DNA of 64,000 nucleotides from Octopus vulgaris (Eukaryota): assembly GCA_951406725.2 (NCBI GenBank), contig OX597816.1:103416001-103480000 (forward strand). The letters are read 5' to 3'. The notes beneath the pieces are model-generated. The model searched no databases and was not told the DNA's origin. It saw nothing but the letters and a program-made list of their open reading frames with translations. A program made the translations under genes and the position numbers. Position 1 is the first letter of the stretch, and every line of letters starts with the position of its first letter. Of the stretch, positions 24,736 to 37,904 are shown piece after piece.

Positions 24736-25482
24736 GCTCTGGTGGAATTAAGCCAATCTTTGGATTGGTCGTATATTAACACTCGAGTGAGTGCAAGTGC
24801 TGATGCTTTAGAAGAATATAAATCCTTTTTGGAACAAGTAGCTCTTAGTGAAACGAAAATATGCATATCAATGGAAGAACCCGCCAGTATTAACCAACAA
24901 AGTCAATCCTCGACAGTTCTCTTCTTTAACAATGGATTAACTAACTCCGGACAACACGAAGCTGCTATGCTCAGCGATGCCACAAGTAAAATTACACTTT
25001 TTATTTCGGATAGTAATTCAGATCTAAAACAGATCGTCTTAAACGCAACAACGAATGGACTTCTACTACGTGAAGATTTGCCACCCCTAAAGAACTTTCC
25101 ATTGGCTGATGTCCTTGTAAATAGATCAAACTTAATGATCGACCAGGCTGGCGAAATTTCTCGTCATTGGCTTACCCAAAACCATTTCTGTAAAATAAAC
25201 AACGATGTCCTTGGTAATTGTGATATTCCTAATATTCAGAGCGTTTTGTCGGAGGCTTTGAACTTGAAATCTATCCATGGTGTGATTAAAGCTATTAAAA
25301 TGCTATCTGGTGATTCTAATGTCACTTTAAACGACTCAACAACAGCAAATAACAATGTTACAAATATCACAAGAGCAGACGATAGCTGGAATGACGTTTT
25401 CAAAATGTCGAATATCGAGAACATTTGGGAAATGAACACGGATTTCAGTCTATTTGCTACTGTCGGACCTGTTTTTGAAAAG
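24736..25482 (+). CDS. Class C GPCR exon C (VFT1 remainder; phase 0/0)
   Basis: ttttacag|GCT. Encodes ALVELSQSLDWSYIN...ICIS...VFEK (the Al..l...f.W.yV and iCI motifs). Donor AAG|gtaggt at 25483. Confidence 0.85.
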
Positions 25483-25944
25483 GTAGGTTGCTAATGTAAC
25501 TGTAAACTAGTTTAAAGGAATAATGGTGAAGTGGCAAAATGAAAGATACACTATTTGTAGAATTCCAATATTTTACATTGAATAAAAGTACTATTCAAAG
25601 ATATTTACATATATAGAATGTCTGCATGGACAGCTCAGCGTATAAATTGTAGAAATTAAACTCTCATTTCAAAAGGTTCTTATTCTAGTTTTAAAATAAT
25701 CCTTAGAGGCAACTATCATATGAGATAATAATAGCTAGTCGATAAAAGATGAATAAAAACCAATATTTTTTCTAAATTCAATATATAAAGATATAACTAA
25801 TTAAGAACTTAAAATACACAAACTCGTACGTAATATTGTTCGTGTTACTTTGACATATTACACAAAGCTATTTATCCTTTTCTTACTAATGCCAAAAAGT
25901 ATCATTCATATGTGTGTGCGTATGTGTGTGTGTGTTTGTCTGTA

Positions 25945-27219
25945 CAGGGATTGTACAAAATAATGGAAACACCTAGCATCATAGCATCATAACTTTGAAA
26001 TATATAAAAAAAAAACGTCAAAAGCTTGTTTATTTTTATGTTTTTTGATGTAATATTAGTTTTGCTTAATATGTTTTGCTAAAATTACTGTTTCTTTTCA
26101 AATATCATTAGAAAAAAGTAATTAAAATTCATTTAAAATGACAGATCTATCGGACTTTCAAAAAGGTCAAATTGTTGGTGCTCGTATGGCAGGCGCTAGC
26201 GTAATGAAAACAGCCGAAATGTTTGGTGTATCAAGAAGCGCTGTCTCGAAAGTAATGACAGCCTTTGAGAAAGAGGGAAAAACCTCCTCGTCGAAATCGG
26301 AAGAAAACCAAAACTTTCAGATAGGGACTTCGGACTCTTACGCGAATTGCTAGAAAGGATCACTAAAGTACAGTTCCCAAAATTACTGCAGAGCTTAATG
26401 ACCACCTTGAGAACCCAGTTTCCACAAAAACTGTTCGCCTGGAGCTGCACAAAGCCGAATTTTGCGGGATGGTTTCAATCAGAAAACCACTACTTTCAAA
26501 AACAAACGTTGCAAAGAATTTAGAGTAGTGTAGAAACCTACAGAATTGGTCCCTAGAGCAGTGGAAGAATGTTATTTTCTTGGACGAGACATCCTTTACT
26601 TTATTTCCGACCACCAGCCGAGTATACGTGTGGAGACAGCCAAAAGAAGCATTTGACACAGACTGCCTTCTTCCAACTGCTAAACATGGAGGAGGATCTG
26701 TGATGATCTGTGGGGGTGGGGCTATATCTTGGAAATCCGCTGGCCCAATGGTTTCCTTCCATGGCAGAATTAATAGTCAAGACTATTTACGCATTTTATC
26801 CTATCAAATTCATCCTATGGTTGCGGAACTGTTTCCGGAGGGAAACGCAATCTTTCAGGATGATAATGCACCAATTCTCACAGCTAAAGTTGTTACTGAA
26901 TGGCACGAGGATCATTCTATTGAAGTTGAACATCTTATCTGGCCACCACAGTCTCCAGATTCCAATATTATTGAACATTTATGGTGCATTTTAGAAAAAC
27001 AAGTAAGGAGTCGATATCCTCCACCATCATCACTACAAGAAATGGAAACTGTTTTAGCTGAAGAATGGACAAAAATTCCTTTGGAAACAATTCAAACTTT
27101 GTACAAGTCCATACCTCGTAGAATTCAAGCTGCAATTACTGCCAAAGGTGATCCTACCCCATATTAAAATAAATGTGTTTGAAATTTTAAGGTATTTCCA
27201 TTATTTTGTCCAACCCCTG
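25945..27219 (+). mobile_element. Full-length Tc1-like transposon (DD36E spacing), inactive
   Basis: 30-bp TIRs CAGGGATTGTACAAAATAATGGAAACACCT / AGGTATTTCCATTATTTTGTCCAACCCCTG (3 mismatches). TA duplication at 25943-25944 and 27220-27221. Length 1275 bp. Confidence 0.93.
26138..27167 (+). pseudogene. Tc1-like transposase pseudogene
   Basis: Paired-like HTH (MTDLSDFQKGQIVGAR...), GRKPKL after a frameshift, in-frame stops, then DETSF, KHGGGSVM, FQDDNAP and WPPQSPDSNIIEHLW. Confidence 0.9.
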
Positions 27220-27318
27220 TATGTATATATATATATATATATATACGTATGAATGACACTTCCTATTACAGAAAGTTTGTTTGCATGTGTGTGAGAGATC
27301 GGTGGGGTGAGAGTGTAA

Positions 27319-27355
<37 letters not shown>

Positions 27356-29352
27356 AAGGCTTCTGTAAAGTTTCCATCCGCCAAATTCTATTCTAAATGT
27401 ATGGCTTAAACCGAAGCTATAACAAAAGACGTGAAGACACTTGCCCAAATTTCTGAACAGCTTCGCAAAATTACTTTCTTCTTGTAGTGAACGTATCGAA
27501 CAGTGTTGTCTTATGAAAACACGTGCATCGAAGTTCAAGTTGCTCTAGGAATCATAAAGATAAAACTTAAAAGCATTAATAGCACTGCAGATGGTAAAAT
27601 CAATGAGGAGGACGGCAACAATACCAAAGGGTATTTAACTGCATCACTTCAGTTTTTTAACTCGCTTCCTGCTGAAAACATCTTGGCCTTTCATCCGATC
27701 CGGGATCAATGTGATTCCGTGCAAATATAAGAAATCAATAATATTCTCCACCATGACGTATTCAACAGCTGACGTGGGAGAATATTATCCTTTCCTGTTC
27801 ATTTTTTAGTAAATATTTGCTCACACTGAGTGTATCTGCCCCAAACATATCCTTATACAAGGATACACCTACAGACACACATAGACGGATAAACAGATAG
27901 ACACACACACATACATACCCACTTACATATGCATCATATGCATGCACATGCGAAAGTACACTTTCACTCACAAACACACATATGGATTCCTGAATGTTTG
28001 CGCTTTCAAACGAAGATAAGAGTAGCCAATACAGAAAGTTGAGTTTTGTGTGTTTCTGAAGTTGAAGTTTCTTAAATCATTACTTTCGGTTTCATATTTC
28101 AAACGATTCAAAAAGCAAAGCAGAGTAAAAATATATAAGCAAAAATAGGTAGAAAAACACGTTAGAAAATGAATCGTACTATCGACTTTTCAATTGTCCT
28201 ACAGAAGAACGTACAAAAATATGCAATATTTTCAAATTTTTAATATCATAAATGTAAAACTCCTGAAAAAACAGAAGTTGGTTATCGGTGACGCAGTTTT
28301 CGTGTTGGTGAAACAACCAATTCTAACAAGTTGGTATTTGGAAATTTTCTCCACGAGTATCGTTATAAGTGTTTGAAAGACTTCGCACATTCCAATCTAT
28401 TGGTCACAATTACCAAAGTGGTAATAGAATGCTATATTTCTCCTAGAGATATTAGTAACCCAATATCATATCTTGGGTAATTGATGTAGAAGGACGTTCG
28501 TTCTCTAATGGATCCATCAATTTTATAATTCATAATATTATTCAATAGACTCCTGATATATTTGTGCAATAAGATGGTCTTTCTGAGTGTCTGAATACGT
28601 AAATATTTTTTAAGATTTCTTTTTTAAAGGAATTTTTGTTAAGGCCGATGTAGCTTTCTGTTTCACTGTTATTTTCAAGAGAACTTATTTCAATAAGCTA
28701 ACCCGTTGAGCGAAGCCGTTGCAGTTATACAGAGGAAGAATTTTTGCGTTCTTACTGATGAATTTTCTTCTGATTTTGGTTGAGTTGTCGCTCCCGTTAC
28801 CGTTATTTCTATCAAAGATATTTTAATGTTTATGGTAAACAGCTAAATGCTTATTTATAAGGTTTACGAAAATCGTGACAACACTGGGGCAAACATTTAA
28901 GCTAAATGAAGTTGTATACCATAGAATATTTTGTTTCATTTGTTCTTTAGTATTAGTGCTTTTCTGCATATAATGTATTCTTTGTGCAATTGTCTTTTAA
29001 TGCATCATTGTATCATGTGCTATATAGTTAAAAGATTCTTCATCAAAGCATAAACTGAATATTCATTTACCGATATTATTAACTGAGTTTCTAAGCATTA
29101 TTGCGGAATAACTGGAATTTATATGAACATATTGCAATTTCACATTTAGTTTGTTATAGAAGCCATGTTTAACAGCATCCATATCTAAAATTAGATTAGT
29201 ATCTACAGTGATCTTTAATTCTTTGTGCGTTGAATATATTGATGAACTCCTTTCTAAATGTAACCATTGTGTTGCCATTCATGCTTCGCAAAAAGAATAA
29301 ACCATTATAACACCAAAGATTGCATTCTATGCAGCAGAATATCTTTCCAAGT

Positions 29353-29430
29353 ATGTCTAAGACGCACAATCCTATCAAGTGAGTGACCAACATGTCTAAG
29401 ACGCATAATCCTATAAAGTGAGTGACCAAC
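29353..29430. repeat. 39-bp tandem duplication
   Basis: ATGTCTAAGACGCA(C/T)AATCCTAT(C/A)AAGTGAGTGACCAAC x2. Confidence 0.85.
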
Positions 29431-29548
29431 ATAGACACATAGTCCATTTCCATAACTGTAACATTCGATTCCTGGTCATTACATTTAACACAAAAGCATT
29501 TTTCGTGAAATATCAAAGACATCGTAGCATACATAATAATGATAATAT

Positions 29549-29762
29549 TGATTTCAAATATTGGCACAAGATCAGCAATTTCGGGAGAGATGTAAGTCGA
29601 TTACAACGACTCCAGTGCTCCACTGGTACTTATTTTATCGACCCCGATAGGATGAAAAGTAAAGTCGACCTCGGCAGAAAGTGAACTCAGAGCGTAAAGA
29701 CGGACGAAACGCTGCTAGGCATTTTGCTCGGCGTGCTAACGATTCTGCCAGCTCACCACCTT
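29549..29762 (-). mobile_element. tRNA-derived SINE (family A)
   Basis: Reverse complement of the 9982 head and central domain; CpGs retained. Confidence 0.85.
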
Positions 29763-31156
29763 ATATATACTAATAATATTAGTGTTTGAGTCACTAACTG
29801 GAATAAAACTTCAACCGAATTCTGAGGCTTTTACAAGAAGGGAAATAAGTATAGACGGATAAAACTCTACTACATTAAACTGTATAAATTTACCAAGGGG
29901 GTTTATTATCTCATGAACCACCTCATAACTGGTAAGCTATTATTCCATAGTGAAAATGAAAATACTTGTTAAATACTGCAAATTATGGAATCTAAAATAT
30001 TTAAACTAAACTTACTTATCTAACTTTTTCCGGATTTATTAATCTATATTACGGTTTGGAAAAATATTATTTCTATGATCCTTATAAGTAATATATGACT
30101 CACGTTATGCAAAATATGCTTTGCTGTATATTTTTAGGTTGGAAGCTATTCATTTTGCACTTCTAAATTAATACCAGGGTAAGGATTAGAGTTGGTTTTC
30201 TTGTAGATATTGTAATATTATTGGAGAGGCGCCTGTGGTATGAGAAGTTATAAGTTTCGCTCAAATGTTTCGTTTCTTCCGAAGAAATATGCATGCATTG
30301 CCAAGTTTTTAATTGTTTTAAATCTCTGTTTAATATGTCTCCCGTCGATATTTATCGATGAATTTCCAAGTATTAACTGGTTGAAAAAATGTTAATTTCC
30401 ACAAAATTAAATGTTGGATAAATATTCAAAATTATCATTCAGTTATTCGTCCTCACTAAAACTGCATTAATAGTAACCACCTTGCTTTTGTGTGTTTTAC
30501 TTATATGATAAAGCAGACAAGAAAAAATAATAAAACCAGGTGTTGCTGCATGTGAATTGGTGAATATATCACAAACTTTGCTTATAACAATTGGGTAGAT
30601 GAATATGTGGCAATTTTCTAACACTGTTTTGAATACCAATCAAATTGCAACGACTAATTATATTTCAATGTATTGCAAATATCTTTGTTTATATATTATA
30701 TCGCACTACTTTTTTCGTTCAATCGTTTGAATAATCGGTAATCAGAAACATGAAATTCAAAGTAACGGTTCAAGAAACTTTCATTTCTAATTCATCACAG
30801 TTCAGCCTGTCTTTTAGGGGTTATCTGTTTAGGGCTACAAAACCCAATATATCCTTCCCTATTTAAAATAGTGGGTATTGATTTGAAATATATGGCTACC
30901 AGAAATAAGTGACTCCTAGAAAATGCTGCAATCACATAGAAAGTCCTTTGAATCATATCCCGATATATTACCTATGTATGTGATTGAAAAATTGCGTGTT
31001 TGTGTGTGTGTGTGTGTAAGCAATTGTAAATGCATCAGTATCTCACAATGCACACACACTCACACATCATACACGCACACACTCATACACACATACATAG
31101 GTACGCTAGATTATGAATAAACATACACAAGTGTGCAAAAACATGCATGGGTATTG

Positions 31157-31197
<41 letters not shown>

Positions 31198-31263
31198 TAT
31201 ATGTATGTATGTACGTATGTTTGCATATATATATATATATATGCATGTACGTATGTGTGTATG

Positions 31264-31699
31264 TATAAGAACAATATAACGCGAGGATGGAAGATACCAG
31301 GCTTTAATAGTAGATCAGAACATTTGTTTCTGCACTGCAGACCCATATTCATATACCGTTATACAAAATTATACTTTATAATTACTATATAGTTGAATGT
31401 TTTTTCAGTAAGAGCCGCGTGTGGCCGCTTCATCGGGTGGAATACGATTAAACACCCGGAATTTAATAATTTGATTGGTGAACAGTAAAGTACATCCGAC
31501 AGTGTTTTCATGGTATTACAACCGATGAAAGGCCCAAACACTGTTACTGCTGAAAAATATTCAATTATAAGAATAATCTTGCATAATGGTATTTTAATAT
31601 AAACTCAGCAACTTAATGCTGGTGTGCGGTGCAGTAACAAATCTTCTGATCTACTATTAAAGCCTGGTGTCTTCCACCCTCTGTTATATTATTCTTGTA
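31264..31699. repeat. ~440-bp degenerate palindromic (fold-back, MITE-like) element
   Basis: TATAAGAACAATATAAC...GGAAGATACCAGGCTTTAATAGTAGATCAGAA pairs with TTCTGATCTACTATTAAAGCCTGGTGTCTTCC...GTTATATTATTCTTGTA. Inner arms around TTCATCGG / CCGATGAA also pair. Confidence 0.75.
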
Positions 31700-32347
31700 T
31701 TAATCTTGTATTCCGCGTGTATCCAGCCTTGGAAAATATCCTACTGTAGAATAACATGTGGTGGTCAAATAAGCGCACAAAAGCTCTTAAATGCCTGTTG
31801 CGAGATTTTTACTCGAATTATACTGTTTGTGTGTTTGTGTGTATGTGTGTGTATGCGCGTGTTTTACTTTTTTTATTTGTATTATTGTTTGCTGTGAATA
31901 TATTTCTTGTGCTATGCGCACTTAAAAACTTAGTGAACTTCTCATCATTGACTTCTTTCATCGGAATTATGGATTAGAAAAAAGAGCTCCAATTGAATAC
32001 TCTAGTTTTAGAAACACTATGAAAGAGAAAAAGCAAGCATATATTCATAGCTAGTATGATTTTGCTCATAAGTTTGTTTCATTGTGTTTGAACCATGGCT
32101 CAACAACTGAATCAATAATAATAGAATTAGGAATATATATATAAACATCTTTGCGTTCATTTTCTTTAGTTTCGAAATATTTATTTATAACCAGATATGA
32201 TTGATTTTAAAGAAATGAAAAATGTCACTTTAAAAGTTATTGTATTTTTGCTTTCATTTTCTTTTATAAATATTAGATTTTGACATTAATTCATAGGAAA
32301 ACATCACTATTTATCATCAGCCTTTCATTTTCTCATTTGTAACCCAG

Positions 32348-33688
32348 GTCGGTCAAATTAACGGATCATTCTACCCGTTGGATAAAACAAGATGGCGCTT
32401 AATTTCAGAGAAATTACACGGTTCGAATTGTCCAAGTTATTGTCCAGCCTGCATCCAATGTTCCCATAACAGGACTGAATTATCGGTTAGCAAATTCGAA
32501 GAAGGAGACTTTTATGTTGCATTAGTACTTCCTGTTCAAAAGTCCCTAATATGTGATGAAACTAACCATGAAAACGAGTTGCTTGTTGATTATTTTTTGA
32601 AGTCACTTCGCCAGATAAAAGAAAAGCCTTCGACTGCGACCGGTAACAAGCTAGGGGGTATTGTCATAGACTCCTGTCACTCTCAAAGTGACTCCGAAAA
32701 CATGTGTTACAGTTTTATTGACAAAAATGGCATCAAGCGAGTAATAACTTCTGGTAACCTGTTATCCACTATTCATGTCCCCAATCTGAGCAAAGAGCCT
32801 TACCAAGAACACCCAAAAAGAAATTCTCTGCTACCCAGCATTCACATCACAAAAATCGGATGCTTCTTTGACAACTTAAATGTTCAAAAGTACGTATCTG
32901 TAATTTTGGATGTCATGGAGTCACTTCGCTGGTCTTATTTAACTATATTATTATCAGAAAATCCATTCATGAAAGCAATTCATAAGGACCTTAGTAAACA
33001 AGCCAAAATGAAAAACATGTGCATTCGAAATGTTATATTAATTGAAGATTTAAGAAGAGCTCAATTGCTTAACCAAAATAATCTTTTCTCTGAGCAAGAT
33101 TCTTCGGCACTGGTTCTTCTAACTGATTTATCTGATACTTCTGAGTTTTTGCATTCTATTTCAAAACATTATGGTTCTTCTCATGTATTCAATTTTGTTT
33201 TCTTCCCATGGAATTCAAAAGCGATTTCGAATTTAGGATCTAATCTTTTTCAAAGTTCTGTTTTCATTGAAGTTAATAACCCAAAATCATATGAAATTTC
33301 CAGAAATGTCACCTCTTTGAATGTTTCTGAGCTAGAAAGTCAACTTGAAATGTGTCATTTAAGTCCTTCTGGGAAAATCTATTGTCCTGCGGGCAAAATT
33401 GTGAAGAAGTCGCAAAAATCGGTATTCTTTAGTTATTTGACATCTGTACTAGAGGTTACTGCCACTGCCTTAGATCAAGTCAGTTCTAAATTATGTTCCG
33501 GAAAGAAAGGACTTTGTAACGAATTTCTTGAATGGCCAAATGTGATGTCAAACTTCCGACATTTCTTGAAAACATCACCTGTTTTCTTATTCGGTGAAAA
33601 AACACACTTTGATGAGAATGGAGCTCTGGAAGCCAACTTTGCCATGAAAAACCTTCGAAGAATCGGAGACGAATTTGAATGGATCCAG
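32348..33688 (+). CDS. Class C GPCR exon D (Cys linker + VFT2; phase 0/0, 447 codons)
   Basis: acccag|GTC. Encodes VGQI...SNCPSYCPACIQC...EGDFYVALVLPV...LGGIVIDSC...WSYLTIL...MCIR...LCSGKKGLC...FDENG...WIQ. Donor CAG|gtaagt at 33689. Confidence 0.92.
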
Positions 33689-34622
33689 GTAAGTGTTGAA
33701 ATATCTTTTAGTAAAAATCAGAAAGAAGATAGTGGTTTCGTAATACGTATAGCTCACATTTCAGCGATCCATATAAAATCACGACTAATATTTATATTTC
33801 TTGGATGTATTTTAAGCTGTCAAGTAAGGAATTATAGAATTTGACTTTATTTTTCTGTTGTAAATTGTGCGAAAGATTTTCATAAAATGTTAATGTCATA
33901 GTTGGACCTTGTAAGTTTACACATGTGCATACAGTTTATTTCTATGTTTACAGTTTAAGGGCACATATCCTTTAGATATCGGACCCTGTGTAACCTCATC
34001 TACCTAAATGCAAGTTACTTTCGGTGAATTCAGATTTTTTATTGAATAAATATTCCTTCCATATATTTTGAAACTATATACTCCTAGCTGGTTTCATATC
34101 TGCATGGAGTAAGTAGAAGCATTGGATTAAATTTTGGAACATGCCTAATACTCTTCGTATCAGTATAAGAGGTGGAAAAGGCAGCATAGACTCTATAGGC
34201 ATGGTTGACATGAGAGAAGATTGAACATAGAATGTAGAAGGACGAAAGTAAATATTTCAGGGCATGTAGCCTGGTGTCTTGCCAGTTAAGCTCCTAAAAT
34301 CACTATTTTTCCTATTTCAAACGTAAACTTTGCATTTAACATTGGTTGATATCCATACCTGTTTCCGATTATTTTATGCTTTAATATAGCTGATAATTTA
34401 ACTTGTTACAAATTCCCGAAAAATTATCCAAAATGAAGGAGAGTTTCTCTCGGTATTTTGTACGAGTTCCATTAGTTAACATCACAGCTTCTTTCCCTAT
34501 TAGATAAGGTTTGGATTAAATTATCATTATATTGTAATTTTCATGATATATTCACTAGCGTACCAACATTTGAACACGTTTCCAGATAAGAGGATGCCGT
34601 AGTCATTACCATTATTATATTG

Positions 34623-34765
34623 TTCAGTTTCCACCGAGGTCGAATTTTCATTTCATCTTTTTGGAGTCGATAAAATAAGTACCAGTTGAGCACTGGGGTG
34701 GATGTAATCAACTTACCTCCTCCTCCTCCTCCTCCAAACTTGCTGGCCTTGTGCCAAAATTTAAA
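34623..34765 (+). mobile_element. Partial SINE (family A 3' half)
   Basis: CCACCGAGGTCGA...TTTCATC...GTCGATAAAATAAGTACCAGTTGAGCACTGGGG...GGCCTTGTGCC. Confidence 0.75.
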
Positions 34766-34995
34766 ATCATTATTACAGTGTTCAGTATGCTCAATTCGTG
34801 AAAAGTTAAGCATAAAGCATGTAAGTATAAAAGTGTCCTGGCTTAATTCACAGTTGTGTACACTAAAAAAAGAAAAAATCCGAATGGCTAAATATTAATA
34901 ATGTTGGACTGCCTTTGTATAGATTATAAGTACTTATATTTTAACAGAATCATAAACTATATCATTTGTTATGTATTTTCTCCGTTTTTTCCTAG

Positions 34996-36546
34996 GTTGG
35001 CCAATACACTATAAACAGAAATATATCTCTGTTCAAGAAATCAGTGCGAGGCTATAATGCATTACAAGATGTTAAAGCTCCAGTTTCTGAATGCAATGGA
35101 TGGTGCCCTCAGTGTTACCAGTGTGATAACTCTCCCGGTAAAACAATAGATATTAATAACGACTTCATTTACATGCCTGGTGATATTTTAATAACGGCAA
35201 TGATGCCTGTACGGAAGGCAGGACGAACAATATTTGAATGTGGGGATGTCACCATCGACAGTGATGTTGATCAACTGATAGAGGCTGTGATTTATGCTGT
35301 CAAAACAGCAAAACAACGACACAATTCGCTTTTGAAAGATATTGATCCTGGTCTTTTAATCTTGGACACATGTTCTTCTAAACAAAAAGCCTTAACCATT
35401 TTAGGGAATTTTGAATCTTGTGCATATTCTCTTCGACAAAATAGTAAAGAAAAGTCTAAAAAAATCGAGAAAAATGAGGATTATTATTCAAGCTGGGGAG
35501 CAAGCCCTAAACTAACTCCAGCTTATATGGCAGTTGGATCTTCGGATGTCCTTGATATTTTGTTGGATTCAGTTGCAGATTTTAAAAAGCCTGTTATGGC
35601 AATAGACAAAAATGGAGGTACACGTAGAGCACAACGAGATTCAGATTTGCACGAAACCACTTTGTCGATGACACTCTCTGCAAATGCTCGATTTTCCGCT
35701 ATGATTGGTCTCATAAATGCATATCGCTGGAATCATGTTTTCGTCGTTGCCTCTGACTCACCAGAGAACCATAAACTAATTCAGTTATTCAGTGATATGA
35801 CCAGGAGTACCAAAATATGTATTTTACATATTATCTGGCTAAAAGACATTCTCGGAGTAAGTTATGATGACCTAAGCCCTAACAACGAAACTAATTCAGA
35901 TGATCCTTTCCTATATGCTCTCAAGCTTCTTGCTACCGACAACACCACAAAGTTAATCATCGCTTTTATTTCTGAAGATCACTTCACCAAATTGAACTCG
36001 TTGATTAAGAAAAGCAACTTGTCAGTAATATGGTTTTTTGACCAATCACCTGATGGTTGGGAAAGACATCCATTGAATACAACAATTCCGGCTGGTGCAT
36101 TCACTATCGATCGGGCGACTCAGGTATACACAGAATTCGAGAAATATTATAATTCGTCACTGAGAGGAACAGACAACGTTTGGTTTTCTCGACAGCGGCA
36201 AAAGCGTTCGTCTTGCCAAATCAAGAACAACAGCCAGTTACGAAAAACCTGTTTAGGTAAGGGAATTCCTGCGGATCAGGCAATATCTCCTGTAACTACA
36301 GATGTCATACGTGCTACTGATGCGATATTATTTGCCCTACAAAGGGAATATTTGGACAAATGTGGAGGCAAAGGTGGCTTGTGTAAAGAGTTTAATTCCA
36401 GAAATATTCTGACTCTTGATTCTTTCAAAAATATTGAAGTTGAGTTTGAAAGTGACTCCTTCCAGTTTGATGAAAGCCGAGAAGTGGTAACAAGCATAGC
36501 TATATATAGTCGAATTTTGAACGAAAACAACACAAAAATCATAAAG
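34996..36546 (+). CDS. Class C GPCR exon E (Cys linker + VFT3; phase 0/0, 517 codons)
   Basis: ttcctag|GTT. Encodes VGQY...SECNGWCPQCYQC...MPGDILITAMMPV...ECG...EAVIYAV...LLKDIDPGLLILDTCSS...WNHVFVV...ICI...NVWF...DAILFAL...CGGKGGLC...FQFD...IIK. Donor AAG|gttagt at 36547. Confidence 0.93.
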
Positions 36547-37174
36547 GTTAGTGGAAATTTTTCGATTTTATCAGTGTACAAGTGTGAGTGTGAAAGTGTG
36601 AACGTGTGTGTGAATGCATGCGTGAGTGTGTGTGTGTATGTGTGTGTGTGCGTGCGTGCGTGAGTGCGTGCGTGTGTTTGTATGCATGCGTGTAAGTGCG
36701 TGTATAGGGCCAGGGCTGTAGGCCCTCAGGCAAATGAATGTACTGGACTCTAGAGTATTCATTATCAACTACAAGGCTAACTATACATCGATCAGAATTG
36801 AGCCTCTGGACTAGTGGGACCGAAGGGCTGAGGGGCCACTGAGCAACTTGCCCAGTGTGTCCATGCCTCAGACGGCGTTGTATACAAGCGCAGGTATGAC
36901 CAAGTTTTATAAGTTTGCTTTGTAATCTTGAAATACCGGGTTCGATTCCACTTGTGTACCCCCATCCCATAGCCTTATAAGTAGACGTAAACTCCGCAAA
37001 GTCATCTAATGGATTGTTGCTGTTAATGGAGAGGCCAACTTCACTGCACAGTGACTCGTTGGTTTTGTTTGGGCCCGAGTACAAATGGCAGTGAATACTC
37101 ACTCACTTCCAAGCATTTCCAAGGAAGATCCTTAATAGATCAAACAATTGGAGTAATTAATGTTGTAACAGACG

Positions 37175-37214
<40 letters not shown>

Positions 37215-37285
37215 ATGTATATATATATGTATATAGGGAGACAGACAGACAGACACATACATATGTATACATATGTATGCACGTG

Positions 37286-37342
<57 letters not shown>

Positions 37343-37458
37343 GTGTGTGTATGAATTAATGAATGGATGTATGTATGTACGTATGTGAGTGTGTATGAAT
37401 GTATGTATGTATGTATGTATGTATGTATGTATGTATGTATGTATGTATGTATGCATGC

Positions 37459-37512
<54 letters not shown>

Positions 37513-37540
37513 ATCTATCTATCCATCTGTCCATCTAAAT

Positions 37541-37620
37541 CAGTGGTTCCCAACCGTTTTTTGGCCATGCCCCACCGAATCATTTCTAAAATCCTGATGC
37601 CCCCCTTGTGATATTTAATT
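37541..37620 (+). mobile_element. One end of a hAT (Charlie-like) MITE
   Basis: CAGTGGTTCCCAACC terminus preceded by ATCTAAAT. No matching other end found. Confidence 0.45.
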
Positions 37621-37904
37621 TTTGGTATTCAAAATTTGGTTAATGTTTACAATATTACCCGGAAACAAACCCCCAAAAAAATTGTGCAACGGATGTAAAA
37701 AAAATGTGTAGGAAAAGAATATAAAAAAATGCGCGGAAAGCAACGGGAGGTGGGGGATAAGGACTTTGGAAAATTCACAAGATCCGAATTTTTCCTTCAT
37801 AGCTTCTAAGGAATTTTTTTTTTTTAGATGAAATTTTAAATAGATACCTTTCAACCAGCATATATTACGATTATAAAGAAATTTGTGGGAAAGTCTTTCC
37901 GTAA

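Noticed and set aside
33689-33844. ORF extensions beyond the splice donors (also 25483-25494 and 36547-36663)
   Set aside because: They are intronic read-through after GT donors, and homology stops at the donor.
36705-36882. hAT-Tip100-like MITE remnant
   Set aside because: A GC-rich 3' end is suggestive, but matching TIRs and a TSD could not be defined.
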